NCBI GenBank assembly: GCA_038207265.1
Contig: JBBQZZ010000014.1
Span: forward strand, 47,224 to 111,223
DNA from: Chitinophagales bacterium
Lineage (GTDB): Bacteria > Bacteroidota > Bacteroidia > Chitinophagales > Chitinophagaceae
Direction: 5' to 3'
DNA length: 64,000 bases
The notes under the pieces were generated by a model. It did not search any database and was not told where the DNA came from. It worked only from the letters and a program-made list of their open reading frames with translations. Numbering within the stretch: position 1 is the stretch's first letter; the number at the start of each line of letters is the position of its first letter. Positions 16,933 through 26,584 of the stretch are shown here, piece after piece. The position numbers were made by a program, and so were the translations under genes.

Positions 16933-17608
16933 AACAATTAATTTACATTATCAGCTTCCAGCTGTATTGATACATCCTTTCAGCAAAATAAAACCTTCCT
17001 ACCCACTATGCCAACCACCACCAGTAAACGAATGAAACCATTGATTATTATTGCTTCATTCATGATAAAAAAATAAATGCCATTGCGCTAAGTTCAGATT
17101 CTCGCTTCCATTTCCACGCTCAGTTGCCGGGCAATCATTCGGCCTCGTTAACAATTATTTGTACCAACAGGTTTTAATAATAGTCTTTTTTAAAATACAC
17201 AACGAACTGAGGGTGCAATATACAAATTGTGGCCAACTTGTTAACAAAAGGAACCAGGGTTTAAATACCCGGCACACTAAAAATATTATAATTTATACGC
17301 TAATGTGCTTCGCTAAACTAAAAGTTTTTTTTCTTTTTATAGGTTTTTGAGCTCCCCCTCTAAATTTTTAATTAAGTATTAATCTGGTAGATCAAATATT
17401 TCATCAGCGTTATAGCTGGTTTTTTTTATGGTGTACTGCTCTCAACACCAAAATCTTACATTGAAAAACCCCTATATTTGCAGCATTCCGGAAAAATAAG
17501 AAAAGTGGAGTAGGAAGGCTTGCTGTGTTTGATGCTGTGGCCCGTTATAAAATCTAGAAAACCTGTGAAGAAAACATCGTTCCTGATTGTTTGTATAAAA
17601 ATTTTTGG

Positions 17609-17650
17609 AAAGGGTATAAGGGGTAAGGACTTACCACTTGTACCCTTTTC
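17609..17650 (+). terminator. Terminator-like nested hairpin in the upxY leader
   Basis: Outer stem aaagggta (17609..17616) pairs with tacccttt (17641..17648). Inner stem ggtaa/ttacc lies at 17622..17635. The 3' stem arm itself ends in TTT, followed by a further T and a C. It lies 130 nt upstream of the upxY ATG. Confidence 0.35.
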
Positions 17651-17779
17651 ACTTTGGTAAAAGATAGGTATTAATTATTACGGCGTTCATAATTAATTAG
17701 TTACAAATACAATATGTGACTGAGCTGGCGAAGCCATATAAATTAGTCTTACTGCAAAGCTAGGGCTGTAATTCCCGGA

Positions 17780-18280
17780 ATGAATAATAACAAAAAGTGG
17801 TTAGCGCTTTATACCAAACCCCGCTGGGAAAAAAAAGTAAATGAACTTTTAACCAGCAAAGGATTTGAAAGTTACTGTCCGCTGAATAAGGTTCACCGAA
17901 AATGGAGCGACCGAATTAAATTAATAGAGGAGCCTTTATTTAAGTCTTATGTATTTGTACACATCCAGGATGAAGAACAAACAAAAATCAGGCTGGTAAA
18001 TGGAGTGCTGAATTTTGTTTATTGGCTGGGTAAACCCGCCATCATCAAACCCCAGGAAATTGATCGGATCAAACGTTTCCTGAACGACTATGAAGATGTA
18101 ACTACCGAATCACTTCATATAAAACCCAATGACCAGGTATTGGTAAAAGCCGGTGCATTAATGGACAAGGAAGCAAAGGTAATAAGGCAACTGGGTAACA
18201 GGGTAGAATTGGAAATAGAAAGCCTGGGTTATAAGTTGGTAGCTTATGTAGATAAGAAGAACCTGAGTAAGCTGCGGTGA
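17780..18280 (+). CDS. UpxY-family (NusG-like) transcription antiterminator
   Basis: KKWLALYTKPRWEKKV...L...GFESYCPL...RKWSDR.K.IEEPLFKSYVFV (NGN domain) plus a C-terminal KOW-like ...DQVLVKAGALMDKEAKV. It is the first gene of the polysaccharide locus. Confidence 0.85.
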   Translation: MNNNKKWLALYTKPRWEKKVNELLTSKGFESYCPLNKVHRKWSDRIKLIEEPLFKSYVFVHIQDEEQTKIRLVNGVLNFVYWLGKPAIIKPQEIDRIKRFLNDYEDVTTESLHIKPNDQVLVKAGALMDKEAKVIRQLGNRVELEIESLGYKLVAYVDKKNLSKLR

Positions 18281-18430
18281 ACCTGCCTACCGGTAGGCAA
18301 GCCTGCCTGCCGGTAAGAAGGTTAGGGGAAACTGAACCGGGAGATTTTTTACTTTTTACTTTTGAATTTTTAACTATTGAACAGCTTGCCCATAGAAAAC
18401 TGAATTAATGAATATATTTGAACGCATTTA

Positions 18431-19216
18431 ATGATGAATATGAAAGCTCTTTATAACATCGTCGGAATATTATTACTATGGCTGTTTAGTTCCTGTAGCA
18501 GCACAAAAAATTTACAGTATATGCAGGGCAGTTTTGACACTACAAAAATGTCTTCGTATAATTTTCCGGTACCCTTTATTCAGAAAGGAGATGTGATAAG
18601 TATAACGGTGTTCAGTGATGCACCTGCTGCTACGGCATTGTATAACCAGTCATCTTCGGGTAGCAGTACAGTGGGTGGCCAGTCATCTGCCGGGTCTGCT
18701 GCTTCGGGTTATATGGTAAATGAAATGGGCGATATCGATTTCCAGGGGATTGGAAAATTACACATAGAGGGATTGAACAAATCCCAATTAACCGAATTGC
18801 TTAATACCAAACTCACCAAATTTTTAACCAATCCATATTATAATATACGGTTTATTAATTATAAAATTACCATTATCGGTGATGTGGCACGTCCAGCTGT
18901 ATATAGTATTCCGTCAGAAAGAGTAAATCTGCTGGAAGCGATTGGGATGGCCGGCGATTTAAGCATTACTGCCAGGCGTGACAATATTAAAATTATACGT
19001 GAAACCAATGGTAAAAGGGAGTTTGGTGAAATAGATCTAAGAAAGCCAGACATATTTTTATCACCCTACTACCAGCTTCAGCAAAACGATATAGTGTATG
19101 TAGATTTCAATAAGACCAAAGCGGCGGCCAATGACCAGGTAACCGTGCGTAATATAACGATTGCTGCCACCATTGTATCTACGCTTGCCATCATCTATTC
19201 TATACTAAGAAGATAA
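18431..19216 (+). CDS. wza: Polysaccharide export outer-membrane protein (Wza family: Poly_export + SLBB)
   Basis: Lipoprotein-like signal (LLWLFSSCSS); ...IQKGDVISITVF...GYMVNEMGDIDFQGIGKLHIEGL...; SLBB-like ITIIGDVARPAVYSIPSERVNLLEAIGMAGD. Confidence 0.85.
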   Translation: MMNMKALYNIVGILLLWLFSSCSSTKNLQYMQGSFDTTKMSSYNFPVPFIQKGDVISITVFSDAPAATALYNQSSSGSSTVGGQSSAGSAASGYMVNEMGDIDFQGIGKLHIEGLNKSQLTELLNTKLTKFLTNPYYNIRFINYKITIIGDVARPAVYSIPSERVNLLEAIGMAGDLSITARRDNIKIIRETNGKREFGEIDLRKPDIFLSPYYQLQQNDIVYVDFNKTKAAANDQVTVRNITIAATIVSTLAIIYSILRR

Positions 19217-19221
19217 AATTT

Positions 19222-21630
19222 ATGTCCGAAGAAGATTTTCATTTTACCAAAAAAAAATCGGTTTTTACACCCCGGGAACTTCTGTTTAATTACATCCGGT
19301 TCCTTCCCTGGCTGATCATATCCGTCGCTTTATTCCTGTTCCTGGCCTATCTCAAACTTCGTTATTCTACCCCGGTATATGCTGTTAACGGAAAGCTATT
19401 AGTAAAGAAAAATAGCAGCCCTTATGGTGCTGGTGGTGGTGGAAAATTTGATGATATTTTTATGTTACAAGGTTCCAGCAATAACCTGAATGATGAAATT
19501 GAAGTGATCAAATCACGTTCAATGGCAGCAAGGGTTATTAAATCACTCTCCCTGCAGACACAGATATATAACAAGGGTAAAATAAAAGATCCTTCTGTTT
19601 TACATTCCTCTGATCTGCCCTTTATTTTTGAGATCAGTAACCAACGGGACACACTCAATGGGTTTAACCTGCAAATCCAGATAGTAAATAGCAGCCAGTT
19701 TCATATTAACCAATCACAAAAACTGTACAATTTCAATGAATATATTGCTTTGCCAATCGGTCAGATCCGGCTTACATTAATCAAACAAAATCTTGATAAA
19801 TTCTCAAGCTCAGATTTTATCATTAATTACCGGGCCCTGGAACCCGCTTCAGCGGCATTGGGCAAATCAATTGGGTTGGTGCAGTCGGGGGAGTTTAATT
19901 CTAATGTGCTCAACATATCTTATGCAACTCCCAATCCTAAACTGGGATTGGACATTGTGAACAGTTTTATGGAGGAGTACCAGCAATTTACCCTGGAAGA
20001 TAAAAAACAAATGCTGGTCAATACCCTGGCCTTTATTGATGAGCAAATGAAAGGAGTGGCCAAAGACCTGGGTGGTGTGGAAAGAAACCTGCAGAGTTTC
20101 AAAGAACAGCGAAGAGTGATTAACCCGGAGGTACAGTCCCAGCTTTTTATCAATTCTTTGTCCGAGTCTACAAAAGATCAAAGTTTACTGGAAGTAAAGA
20201 TCAAAGTCATTGATTTGTTGTTCAACTATATTTCAGATCAAAAAAATCCCTACCGGATTGTTTCCTCTACCCTGGGAATTGCCGAACCCACCTTGTTTCA
20301 ACAGGTAACCGAGTACAATAAATTACAACTGGAAAGAGAAACAGCCTTAAAGACAACTACAGCAGAAAACCCCCTTATCAAAGGGATGGAAGCCGGTATT
20401 GAAAAATTAAAAAGCGATATGCTGGAAAACCTGCGCAACCTGCGCAAAACAATTCAGTTATCCATCAACGATATTAAAATAAAGTCGCAGGAAAATGACA
20501 ACCAGGTAATGAGTATCCCGGCCAAGGAAAAGCAATTGCTGGAAGTGACCCGGCAGCAAAAAATACTGGAAGAATTGTATTCATTCCTGCTGCAAAAAAA
20601 ACTGGAAACCTCCATTTCTTCTGCTTCCACCATATCAAATATAAAAGTGCTGGAACCGGCCATGGCAGCAGGCGAACCCATTTCCCCCAACCGTAAATCT
20701 GTTTATACGGTTTTCTTATTGTTTGGTATTGCCATCCCCGTGGCCATTGTTATTTTAATCGAATATTTAAACGACAAAGTAAAAGCAAAAGCCGATATTG
20801 AAAGGCTCACTACCACACCGGTACTGGGAGAAATTGGTCATGCTGCCGACGCAGGTGCCCTGGTGGTAACTGCGAACAACCGGAAATTCATTGCCGAACA
20901 GTTCCGCATTGTGCGCAGCAACCTGCAATACATCATTCCCAAATCAGACAAGTCGGTGATGATGGTTACTTCTTCGTTTAGTGGTGAGGGTAAGTCTTTT
21001 GTGAGCACCAACCTGGGCGCGGTGATGGCCATTTCGGGCAAACGCACCGTGATACTGGAGTTCGATATCCGCAAGCCGAAAATTATGGAGGGCCTGGGCC
21101 TGAAAGAACGGAGAGGGCTTACCAATTATATTGTCGGCAATATAGACATCCAGGAAATAATTCACCCGGTACCCCATGTAGAAAATCTTTTTGTGATACC
21201 CTGCGGGCCCGTACCGCCCAACCCTTCTGAAATGTTGCTGCATGAAAAAGTAAATTCTTTATTTAAGGAACTCAGGTTACTATTCGATATTGTTATTGTT
21301 GATACCGCCCCTGTGGCGCTGGTGAGTGATGCCATTACACTGGGCCAGCATGCAAACGCTACTGTATATATTGTGAGGCATAATTATACCTACAAAAAAC
21401 AGATCTCGATGATTGACGAGATATATATGCATAAAAAATTGCCCCATATGGCCATTATCATCAATGATGTGGATTTAAAAGGAGGGTATGGTGGCGGCTA
21501 CTATGGTTACGGTAACTATGGCTATGGATACGGTTATGGGTATGGTTATGGCAGTGGTTATTTTGAAGGCGAAGAGGAACCAAGAAAGAAAAAGGGATTC
21601 CTGCGCAGGATAAGAAAATTCTTTTCTTAG
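19222..21630 (+). CDS. wzc: Polysaccharide co-polymerase / BY-tyrosine kinase (Wzc-like)
   Basis: Two TM segments flank a long coiled periplasmic region. The C-terminal P-loop kinase has SSFSGEGKSFVSTNLG (Walker A), ILEFDIRKP (Walker A'), VIVDTAP (Walker B) and a Tyr-rich tail GGYGGGYYGYGNYGYGYGYGYGYGSGYF. Confidence 0.9.
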   Translation: MSEEDFHFTKKKSVFTPRELLFNYIRFLPWLIISVALFLFLAYLKLRYSTPVYAVNGKLLVKKNSSPYGAGGGGKFDDIFMLQGSSNNLNDEIEVIKSRSMAARVIKSLSLQTQIYNKGKIKDPSVLHSSDLPFIFEISNQRDTLNGFNLQIQIVNSSQFHINQSQKLYNFNEYIALPIGQIRLTLIKQNLDKFSSSDFIINYRALEPASAALGKSIGLVQSGEFNSNVLNISYATPNPKLGLDIVNSFMEEYQQFTLEDKKQMLVNTLAFIDEQMKGVAKDLGGVERNLQSFKEQRRVINPEVQSQLFINSLSESTKDQSLLEVKIKVIDLLFNYISDQKNPYRIVSSTLGIAEPTLFQQVTEYNKLQLERETALKTTTAENPLIKGMEAGIEKLKSDMLENLRNLRKTIQLSINDIKIKSQENDNQVMSIPAKEKQLLEVTRQQKILEELYSFLLQKKLETSISSASTISNIKVLEPAMAAGEPISPNRKSVYTVFLLFGIAIPVAIVILIEYLNDKVKAKADIERLTTTPVLGEIGHAADAGALVVTANNRKFIAEQFRIVRSNLQYIIPKSDKSVMMVTSSFSGEGKSFVSTNLGAVMAISGKRTVILEFDIRKPKIMEGLGLKERRGLTNYIVGNIDIQEIIHPVPHVENLFVIPCGPVPPNPSEMLLHEKVNSLFKELRLLFDIVIVDTAPVALVSDAITLGQHANATVYIVRHNYTYKKQISMIDEIYMHKKLPHMAIIINDVDLKGGYGGGYYGYGNYGYGYGYGYGYGSGYFEGEEEPRKKKGFLRRIRKFFS

Positions 21631-21723
21631 AATGGTTCAATTTATTGTTTTGATTTTTTGTTCTTTTGATTCATCAATTTACTGCATCTAACCCGGACCC
21701 GAACATTGTGCCGGCTTTAATTA

Positions 21724-22602
21724 ATGATACAAATGAAAGAGGCTAAAAGTCAGGATTCCAATTCATGGGACCTTGTAATTGAACCACGCGACCATATTTT
21801 TAAACTGCACCTGAAAGAAGTCTGGCGTTATAAATACCTGTTGTGGATGTTCGTAAAAAGAGATCTGGTTTCTGTATACAAACAAACTATCCTGGGACCC
21901 ATCTGGTTTTTCATTCAACCCATTTTAACCACGGTTACCTTCGTGGTCATTTTTGGTAATATCGCAAAAATTTCAACAGATGGCTTACCGCAGATTTTAT
22001 TTTACCTCGCGGGTATTACCATTTGGAATTATTTTTCAGAAACACTCACCGCAACCAGCAGCACTTTTATTACCAATGCCCCCATTTTTGGAAAAGTATA
22101 TTTTCCCCGCCTGGTATTACCTCTTTCTAAAGTAATCTCGGGGCTTATCAAATTTGGTATCCAATTTCTGTTGTTTGCACTGGTGTTTTTTTATTATTTA
22201 GTCAAAGGATCAGCGATTCACCCTGATACCCTGGGTATTTTTATGGTAACACCTGTTGTCATCCTCATTATGGCAGGGCTCGGCCTTGGGCTGGGTCTCA
22301 CTCTTTCTGCTCTGACCACTAAATACCGCGATCTTGTTTTCCTGATCTCTTTTGGTATACAGTTGGGCATGTATGCGACTCCTGTTATTTATCCAGTATC
22401 TACTATCTCATCGAAATATAAATGGGTAATTGAGGCTAATCCCATGTCTTCGTTGGTAGAGGCTTTCCGCAAAGCATGGCTTGGCGAAGGAGTGTTAAGC
22501 TGGCTATGGATAGGGTACAGTTTTGTTTTTATGGCAATATTACTTGTAATAAGTACTATTATTTTTAACCGTGTGGAAAAAACTTTTATGGATACAGTTT
22601 AA
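21724..22602 (+). CDS. wzm: ABC-2 type polysaccharide exporter permease (Wzm-like)
   Basis: Typical N-terminal ...WRYKYLLWMFVKRDLVSVYKQTILGPIWFFIQP, with about 6 TM helices. It is followed by the cognate ATPase. Confidence 0.85.
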   Translation: MIQMKEAKSQDSNSWDLVIEPRDHIFKLHLKEVWRYKYLLWMFVKRDLVSVYKQTILGPIWFFIQPILTTVTFVVIFGNIAKISTDGLPQILFYLAGITIWNYFSETLTATSSTFITNAPIFGKVYFPRLVLPLSKVISGLIKFGIQFLLFALVFFYYLVKGSAIHPDTLGIFMVTPVVILIMAGLGLGLGLTLSALTTKYRDLVFLISFGIQLGMYATPVIYPVSTISSKYKWVIEANPMSSLVEAFRKAWLGEGVLSWLWIGYSFVFMAILLVISTIIFNRVEKTFMDTV

Positions 22603-22751
22603 CGACGGATAGTAAGGCTTGTTCAAAAAATTAAAGTTTAATATATAAAGGATTAATTGATTCAAGTATGAATCTCTGAAGTGATTTCAAATGTGGGAAC
22701 CTTAAACTTTCAACCCAGTGCTTCATTCGTATTTTTTAGACTACAAATAAA

Positions 22752-24050
22752 ATGTCAGCAATAATACAGGTAACTAACATCAGCAAACAATATCGGCTAG
22801 GGCAGGTAGGTACAGGTACGATATCTCATGATTTGAACCGCTGGTGGCACCGGGTAAGGGGAAAAGAAGATCCCTATATCAAAATAGGTGAAGAAAATGA
22901 TCGTAGCAAAAAAGGGGAAAGCGACTATGCGTGGGCGTTAAGGGATATTAATTTTGAAGTGCAACAGGGAGAAGTGCTGGGCATCATCGGCCGCAATGGA
23001 GCCGGTAAAAGCACCCTATTAAAAATACTCAGCCGCACCACATCGCCAACTACTGGTCAAATTAATATAAAAGGGCGGGTGGCCAGTCTGCTTGAAGTAG
23101 GCACCGGTTTTCATCCGGAGCTCACCGGCCGTGAAAATATTTTTTTAAATGGGGCCATTCTGGGCATGACCAAGCAGGAGATAAAAAGAAAATTTGATGA
23201 GATAGTTGATTTTGCAGGCGTGGAGCGGTATATAGATACACCCGTAAAGCGTTACAGCAGTGGTATGTATGTGCGCCTGGCCTTTGCTGTTTCGGCCAAT
23301 CTTGAATCGGAAATACTGATTGTAGATGAAGTGCTGGCAGTAGGAGATACAGAATTTCAAAAAAAATGCCTGGGTAAAATGAATGATGTGAGCAAAGGAG
23401 AGGGAAGAACTGTATTGTTTGTAAGTCATGACATGCAGGCTGTTTCAACATTAACGACGAAAGCAATTTTTTTAAATCAAGGTGTAATTGTAAAAAGCGG
23501 ATATACCAGAGAAATAATTAAATTATATATTGATTCAAAGAAAGCCACGGGCTTGGAGTACGTCGCAGATGGGTTAAATAAGGATCCGCATGTAAGTAAG
23601 ATAAATTTAGAAACATCATTGCCTAATAATCATCAATTGAATGGTGATAAGATGCAAGTAATTGTAACTCTTACTAGTCATTTTCCGATTAAGGGTGCTT
23701 GTTTCTCAATTCAGTTTGTAGATTCAAAAGAAAGGAACTTTTCACATTTTTGGATATTTGACAAAGAGATTGAATATTGTAGGGAATCAGGTACATATCA
23801 ATTGACTTGTAGCATACCTGCTTTACGATTATATATGGGTAAATATTATCTTAAATGTTATTTTTCCGAGGGGCCCGGAGGAAGGGTTTTTGAAGTTTTA
23901 GAAAATATATGTCCATTTGAAGTAAAGATGTATGATTCTACAAGAGAGGAGTTTCAATGGTATCCTGAAGCTTGTGCTTACATTGAAGAATCAAAATGGG
24001 ATGTAAAAAAATTAGAGCATGCGAATATTGAACCATTTCAAAAGAAATAA
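22752..24050 (+). CDS. wzt: ABC polysaccharide exporter ATPase with ~180 aa C-terminal extension (Wzt-like)
   Basis: Walker A GRNGAGKSTLLK, signature YSSGMYVRLAFA, Walker B ILIVDEVLAVGD and H-loop FVSHD. Residues ~250-432 form an extra beta-rich domain, as in Wzt proteins that bind a terminal glycan cap. Confidence 0.9.
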   Translation: MSAIIQVTNISKQYRLGQVGTGTISHDLNRWWHRVRGKEDPYIKIGEENDRSKKGESDYAWALRDINFEVQQGEVLGIIGRNGAGKSTLLKILSRTTSPTTGQINIKGRVASLLEVGTGFHPELTGRENIFLNGAILGMTKQEIKRKFDEIVDFAGVERYIDTPVKRYSSGMYVRLAFAVSANLESEILIVDEVLAVGDTEFQKKCLGKMNDVSKGEGRTVLFVSHDMQAVSTLTTKAIFLNQGVIVKSGYTREIIKLYIDSKKATGLEYVADGLNKDPHVSKINLETSLPNNHQLNGDKMQVIVTLTSHFPIKGACFSIQFVDSKERNFSHFWIFDKEIEYCRESGTYQLTCSIPALRLYMGKYYLKCYFSEGPGGRVFEVLENICPFEVKMYDSTREEFQWYPEACAYIEESKWDVKKLEHANIEPFQKK

Positions 24051-24810
24051 AGTATTTACACAAGTGTTATCTACTGAAGCACAGACACAATTAGAATATC
24101 AACGAGGTAATGTATATGGAGAATTCCCTTCTGATTTTTCAGAAGAAGAAAAGCAATTAATTCAATCTGTAAACATTTATACAATGACCAGCTATGAAAG
24201 ACTAGTTAGTTTGAGTAGAGCCGTTGAATATATTGAAAAAAATGGAATTGAAGGTGATATAGTCGAATGTGGGGTATGGAAAGGTGGAAGTATGATGCTG
24301 GCTGCACAGATGCTTGTTAAATTAAATAATCAATCAAGAAGACTTTTTTTGTTTGACACATTTGAAGGAATGTCTAAACCCGATTCAAATGATGTGAGTT
24401 TTAACAATATAAGGGCTGCTGATATTTACGATCAAATTACCGAGAATAATAAATTGGATGGAGCCTGGTGTTACTCTTCGATTGACGAAGTTAAGGCTAA
24501 TCTTAAAAAAACTGGTTATAATGAGTCTAATATGCACTTTATAAAAGGGAAAGTTGAGGATACTCTGCCCTTGAAAGAAATAAGTAAGGTATCAATTTTA
24601 AGGCTTGATACAGATTGGTATGAATCAACAAGACATGAATTGGAAACGCTTTATGATAAATTGGTCGTTGGTGGAGTTTTGATTATAGATGATTACGGAC
24701 ATTGGGCTGGTGCTAGGAAGGCTGTCGATGAATTCATTGAAGAAAAAAAGTGTAAAATATTCTTAACCCGGATTGATTATACCTGCAGATTAGCAATTAA
24801 AATAAACTAA
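24019..24810 (+). CDS. TylF/MycF-family (macrocin-type) O-methyltransferase
   Basis: GDIVECGVWKGGSMM, LFLFDTFEGM, LRLDTDWYEST and GGVLIIDDYGHWAGARKAVDEF are the hallmark blocks of the family. The listed ATG overlaps wzt by 32 nt, so the true start is uncertain. Confidence 0.85.
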   Translation: MRILNHFKRNKVFTQVLSTEAQTQLEYQRGNVYGEFPSDFSEEEKQLIQSVNIYTMTSYERLVSLSRAVEYIEKNGIEGDIVECGVWKGGSMMLAAQMLVKLNNQSRRLFLFDTFEGMSKPDSNDVSFNNIRAADIYDQITENNKLDGAWCYSSIDEVKANLKKTGYNESNMHFIKGKVEDTLPLKEISKVSILRLDTDWYESTRHELETLYDKLVVGGVLIIDDYGHWAGARKAVDEFIEEKKCKIFLTRIDYTCRLAIKIN

Positions 24811-24812
24811 TT

Positions 24813-25649
24813 ATGATTTCTTTATTTAAATCGTTGCATTCCTACTTTGATAAAAAGATTTCATCCGAATTACCCCTAATGGAACAATCTCAACTCAATG
24901 CCATCATTAAAGAAAACCGAGAATCATTGAGAAAAGTGCCAAGTTGGGTAAATGACCAAATTAAGAAAGATTCATTTTATAATTATGGTATTCCTGATAA
25001 CATATCTGCTTTAATAAATCTTGAAATTGGCGATGAAGTAACTTACACTGATTTAATTGTTTATTTGTGTCGTAAACTAAAAAGTGTCAACTACCTTGAA
25101 TTAGGCGTTTCTGTTGGAAAAAACTTTTTTCAGGTTGCAAACCAGACGAAAAGTGCAAACCTCACAGGATTTGACATTGAAAATATTAACCCTTTACTTG
25201 AAAGGCATTTTTCATTCATAAATGAAACTAACTGGCCAACCAAACCCGATTCAGTAAGAGAGCAGGAGTCGTATATTAAAACGTATAAATTTCTTTCGAA
25301 TAAAGTGAATTACATGGCGGGTGATATATGGGATGAAAATTGCTGGAAGAAATTAAATGGAAATAAATATAACGTAATTTTTTCCGATGCTTTGCATGAT
25401 CCTAAAGCACTAGTATGGGAATACGCAATGATAGAAAAATATGCGTTATTAGACAATGACTTTCTGATGTTCTGGGATGATTTAAATAACGGACTTGAAC
25501 AATCATTCTATAAAATTGCCAAAAGTTTAAAACAAAAATTTAATTTAAAAAATCAAAATATTCGATTGATTAAAATTAATGGTTGGCTGGGGCAAAATTA
25601 CCCGATTAAGCATGATGTAGGTATTGTAACAAACCTTTTTTTAGAATAA
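24813..25649 (+). CDS. Putative class I SAM-dependent methyltransferase-like protein
   Basis: Rossmann motif-I-like YLELGVSVGKN, acidic GFDI, and a later VIFSDALHD. The assignment is by motif only. Confidence 0.45.
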   Translation: MISLFKSLHSYFDKKISSELPLMEQSQLNAIIKENRESLRKVPSWVNDQIKKDSFYNYGIPDNISALINLEIGDEVTYTDLIVYLCRKLKSVNYLELGVSVGKNFFQVANQTKSANLTGFDIENINPLLERHFSFINETNWPTKPDSVREQESYIKTYKFLSNKVNYMAGDIWDENCWKKLNGNKYNVIFSDALHDPKALVWEYAMIEKYALLDNDFLMFWDDLNNGLEQSFYKIAKSLKQKFNLKNQNIRLIKINGWLGQNYPIKHDVGIVTNLFLE

Positions 25650-25650
25650 G

Positions 25651-26583
25651 ATGAATATTCCAAGTCCAATTACAAAATTGCCTAATACTAGATGTGTGGA
25701 AACTATATCTACACAGTTTATTATAAATTCTTACAAAAGGGATTTAAATGTTGACGTGTCGCGATTTTTTAATGATTTTGATAAAGTACAGATTTGGGAA
25801 TGCTTGGACACTGGTTATTTGTTTTTTTATCCATTTAGTATTTCAGGAGACGAGGTTTTTTATGATGAATTAAAAATTCAATTGCCAGTAATGTATAACG
25901 CTCCTTACTATTCTACTTGGAAATGGGAGTATGATATATGCGTAAATTTCATAAAGGAAACTGACAAGGTTTATGAGATTGGTTGCGGCAATGGTAATTT
26001 TTTATTAAAATTAAAGCATAGGGGAGTAAAAGAAGTTTATGGAACAGAACTAAATCATGATTCAGTAAATGTTGCCATTAACAAAGGCTTGAATGTAGAA
26101 TATATCACAATACAGGAAAAGGCAAAGCATGTTTTAGAGGAATATGATGTTGTTTGCACTTTTCAAGTATTAGAACATATATCAGAAGTTAAATCATTCT
26201 TAGATGCAAGTATAAAAATATTGAAAAAAGGAGGAAAGCTAATAATTACAGTTCCTTTTAATGATCCTTACCTTTTTAAAAATGATAAATATAATACCCT
26301 TAATATGCCGCCTCACCATATGGGGTTGTGGGGCAAAAGCGCTTTTGTAAGCCTGTTTAGGTTCTTCCCAATGAAATTAGAACAGGTAATCATTGAAAAA
26401 TTGCCTAATGTCGGATACGATTTTGAGCGGTATTACACCGTTAATAAAGATAAGAACTATTCAACCGGGAAACCTTTTAAACACATGTACGATCAGTTAT
26501 ATTTCAGATGGCTCAAAATGAGCCATACAAAAAAAAATGGTAAAAACATTATTGCTGTTTTTAAAAAGGATGAAAAGATTTGA
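25651..26583 (+). CDS. Class I SAM-dependent methyltransferase
   Basis: VYEIGCGNGNFLLKL (motif I), VYGTELN (motif II), YDVVCTFQVLEHI and LKKGGKLIITVP. Confidence 0.75.
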   Translation: MNIPSPITKLPNTRCVETISTQFIINSYKRDLNVDVSRFFNDFDKVQIWECLDTGYLFFYPFSISGDEVFYDELKIQLPVMYNAPYYSTWKWEYDICVNFIKETDKVYEIGCGNGNFLLKLKHRGVKEVYGTELNHDSVNVAINKGLNVEYITIQEKAKHVLEEYDVVCTFQVLEHISEVKSFLDASIKILKKGGKLIITVPFNDPYLFKNDKYNTLNMPPHHMGLWGKSAFVSLFRFFPMKLEQVIIEKLPNVGYDFERYYTVNKDKNYSTGKPFKHMYDQLYFRWLKMSHTKKNGKNIIAVFKKDEKI

Positions 26584-26584
26584 T

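Noticed and set aside
17159-17350. 63-aa ORF in the upxY upstream region
   Set aside because: It is a low-complexity, AT-rich translation with no motif. The region is better explained as a non-coding leader or promoter.
16933-17779. Invertible promoter flanked by long inverted repeats upstream of upxY, as in Bacteroides capsule loci
   Set aside because: I found only short palindromes (for example TTGTTAACAA at ~17239, and GTTAACAA at 17148). There are no arms of 15 bp or more bracketing the TAnnTTTG box, and no nearby recombinase gene.
19249-19257. A9 homopolymer near the 5' end of wzc (similar A9 runs at 26529..26537 and 34043..34051) as a slipped-strand phase-variation switch
   Set aside because: The runs encode Lys-rich segments (TKKKS, HTKKNGK, GKKKL), which are common in this AT-leaning coding style. 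I have no evidence of length heterogeneity and no contingency-locus context.
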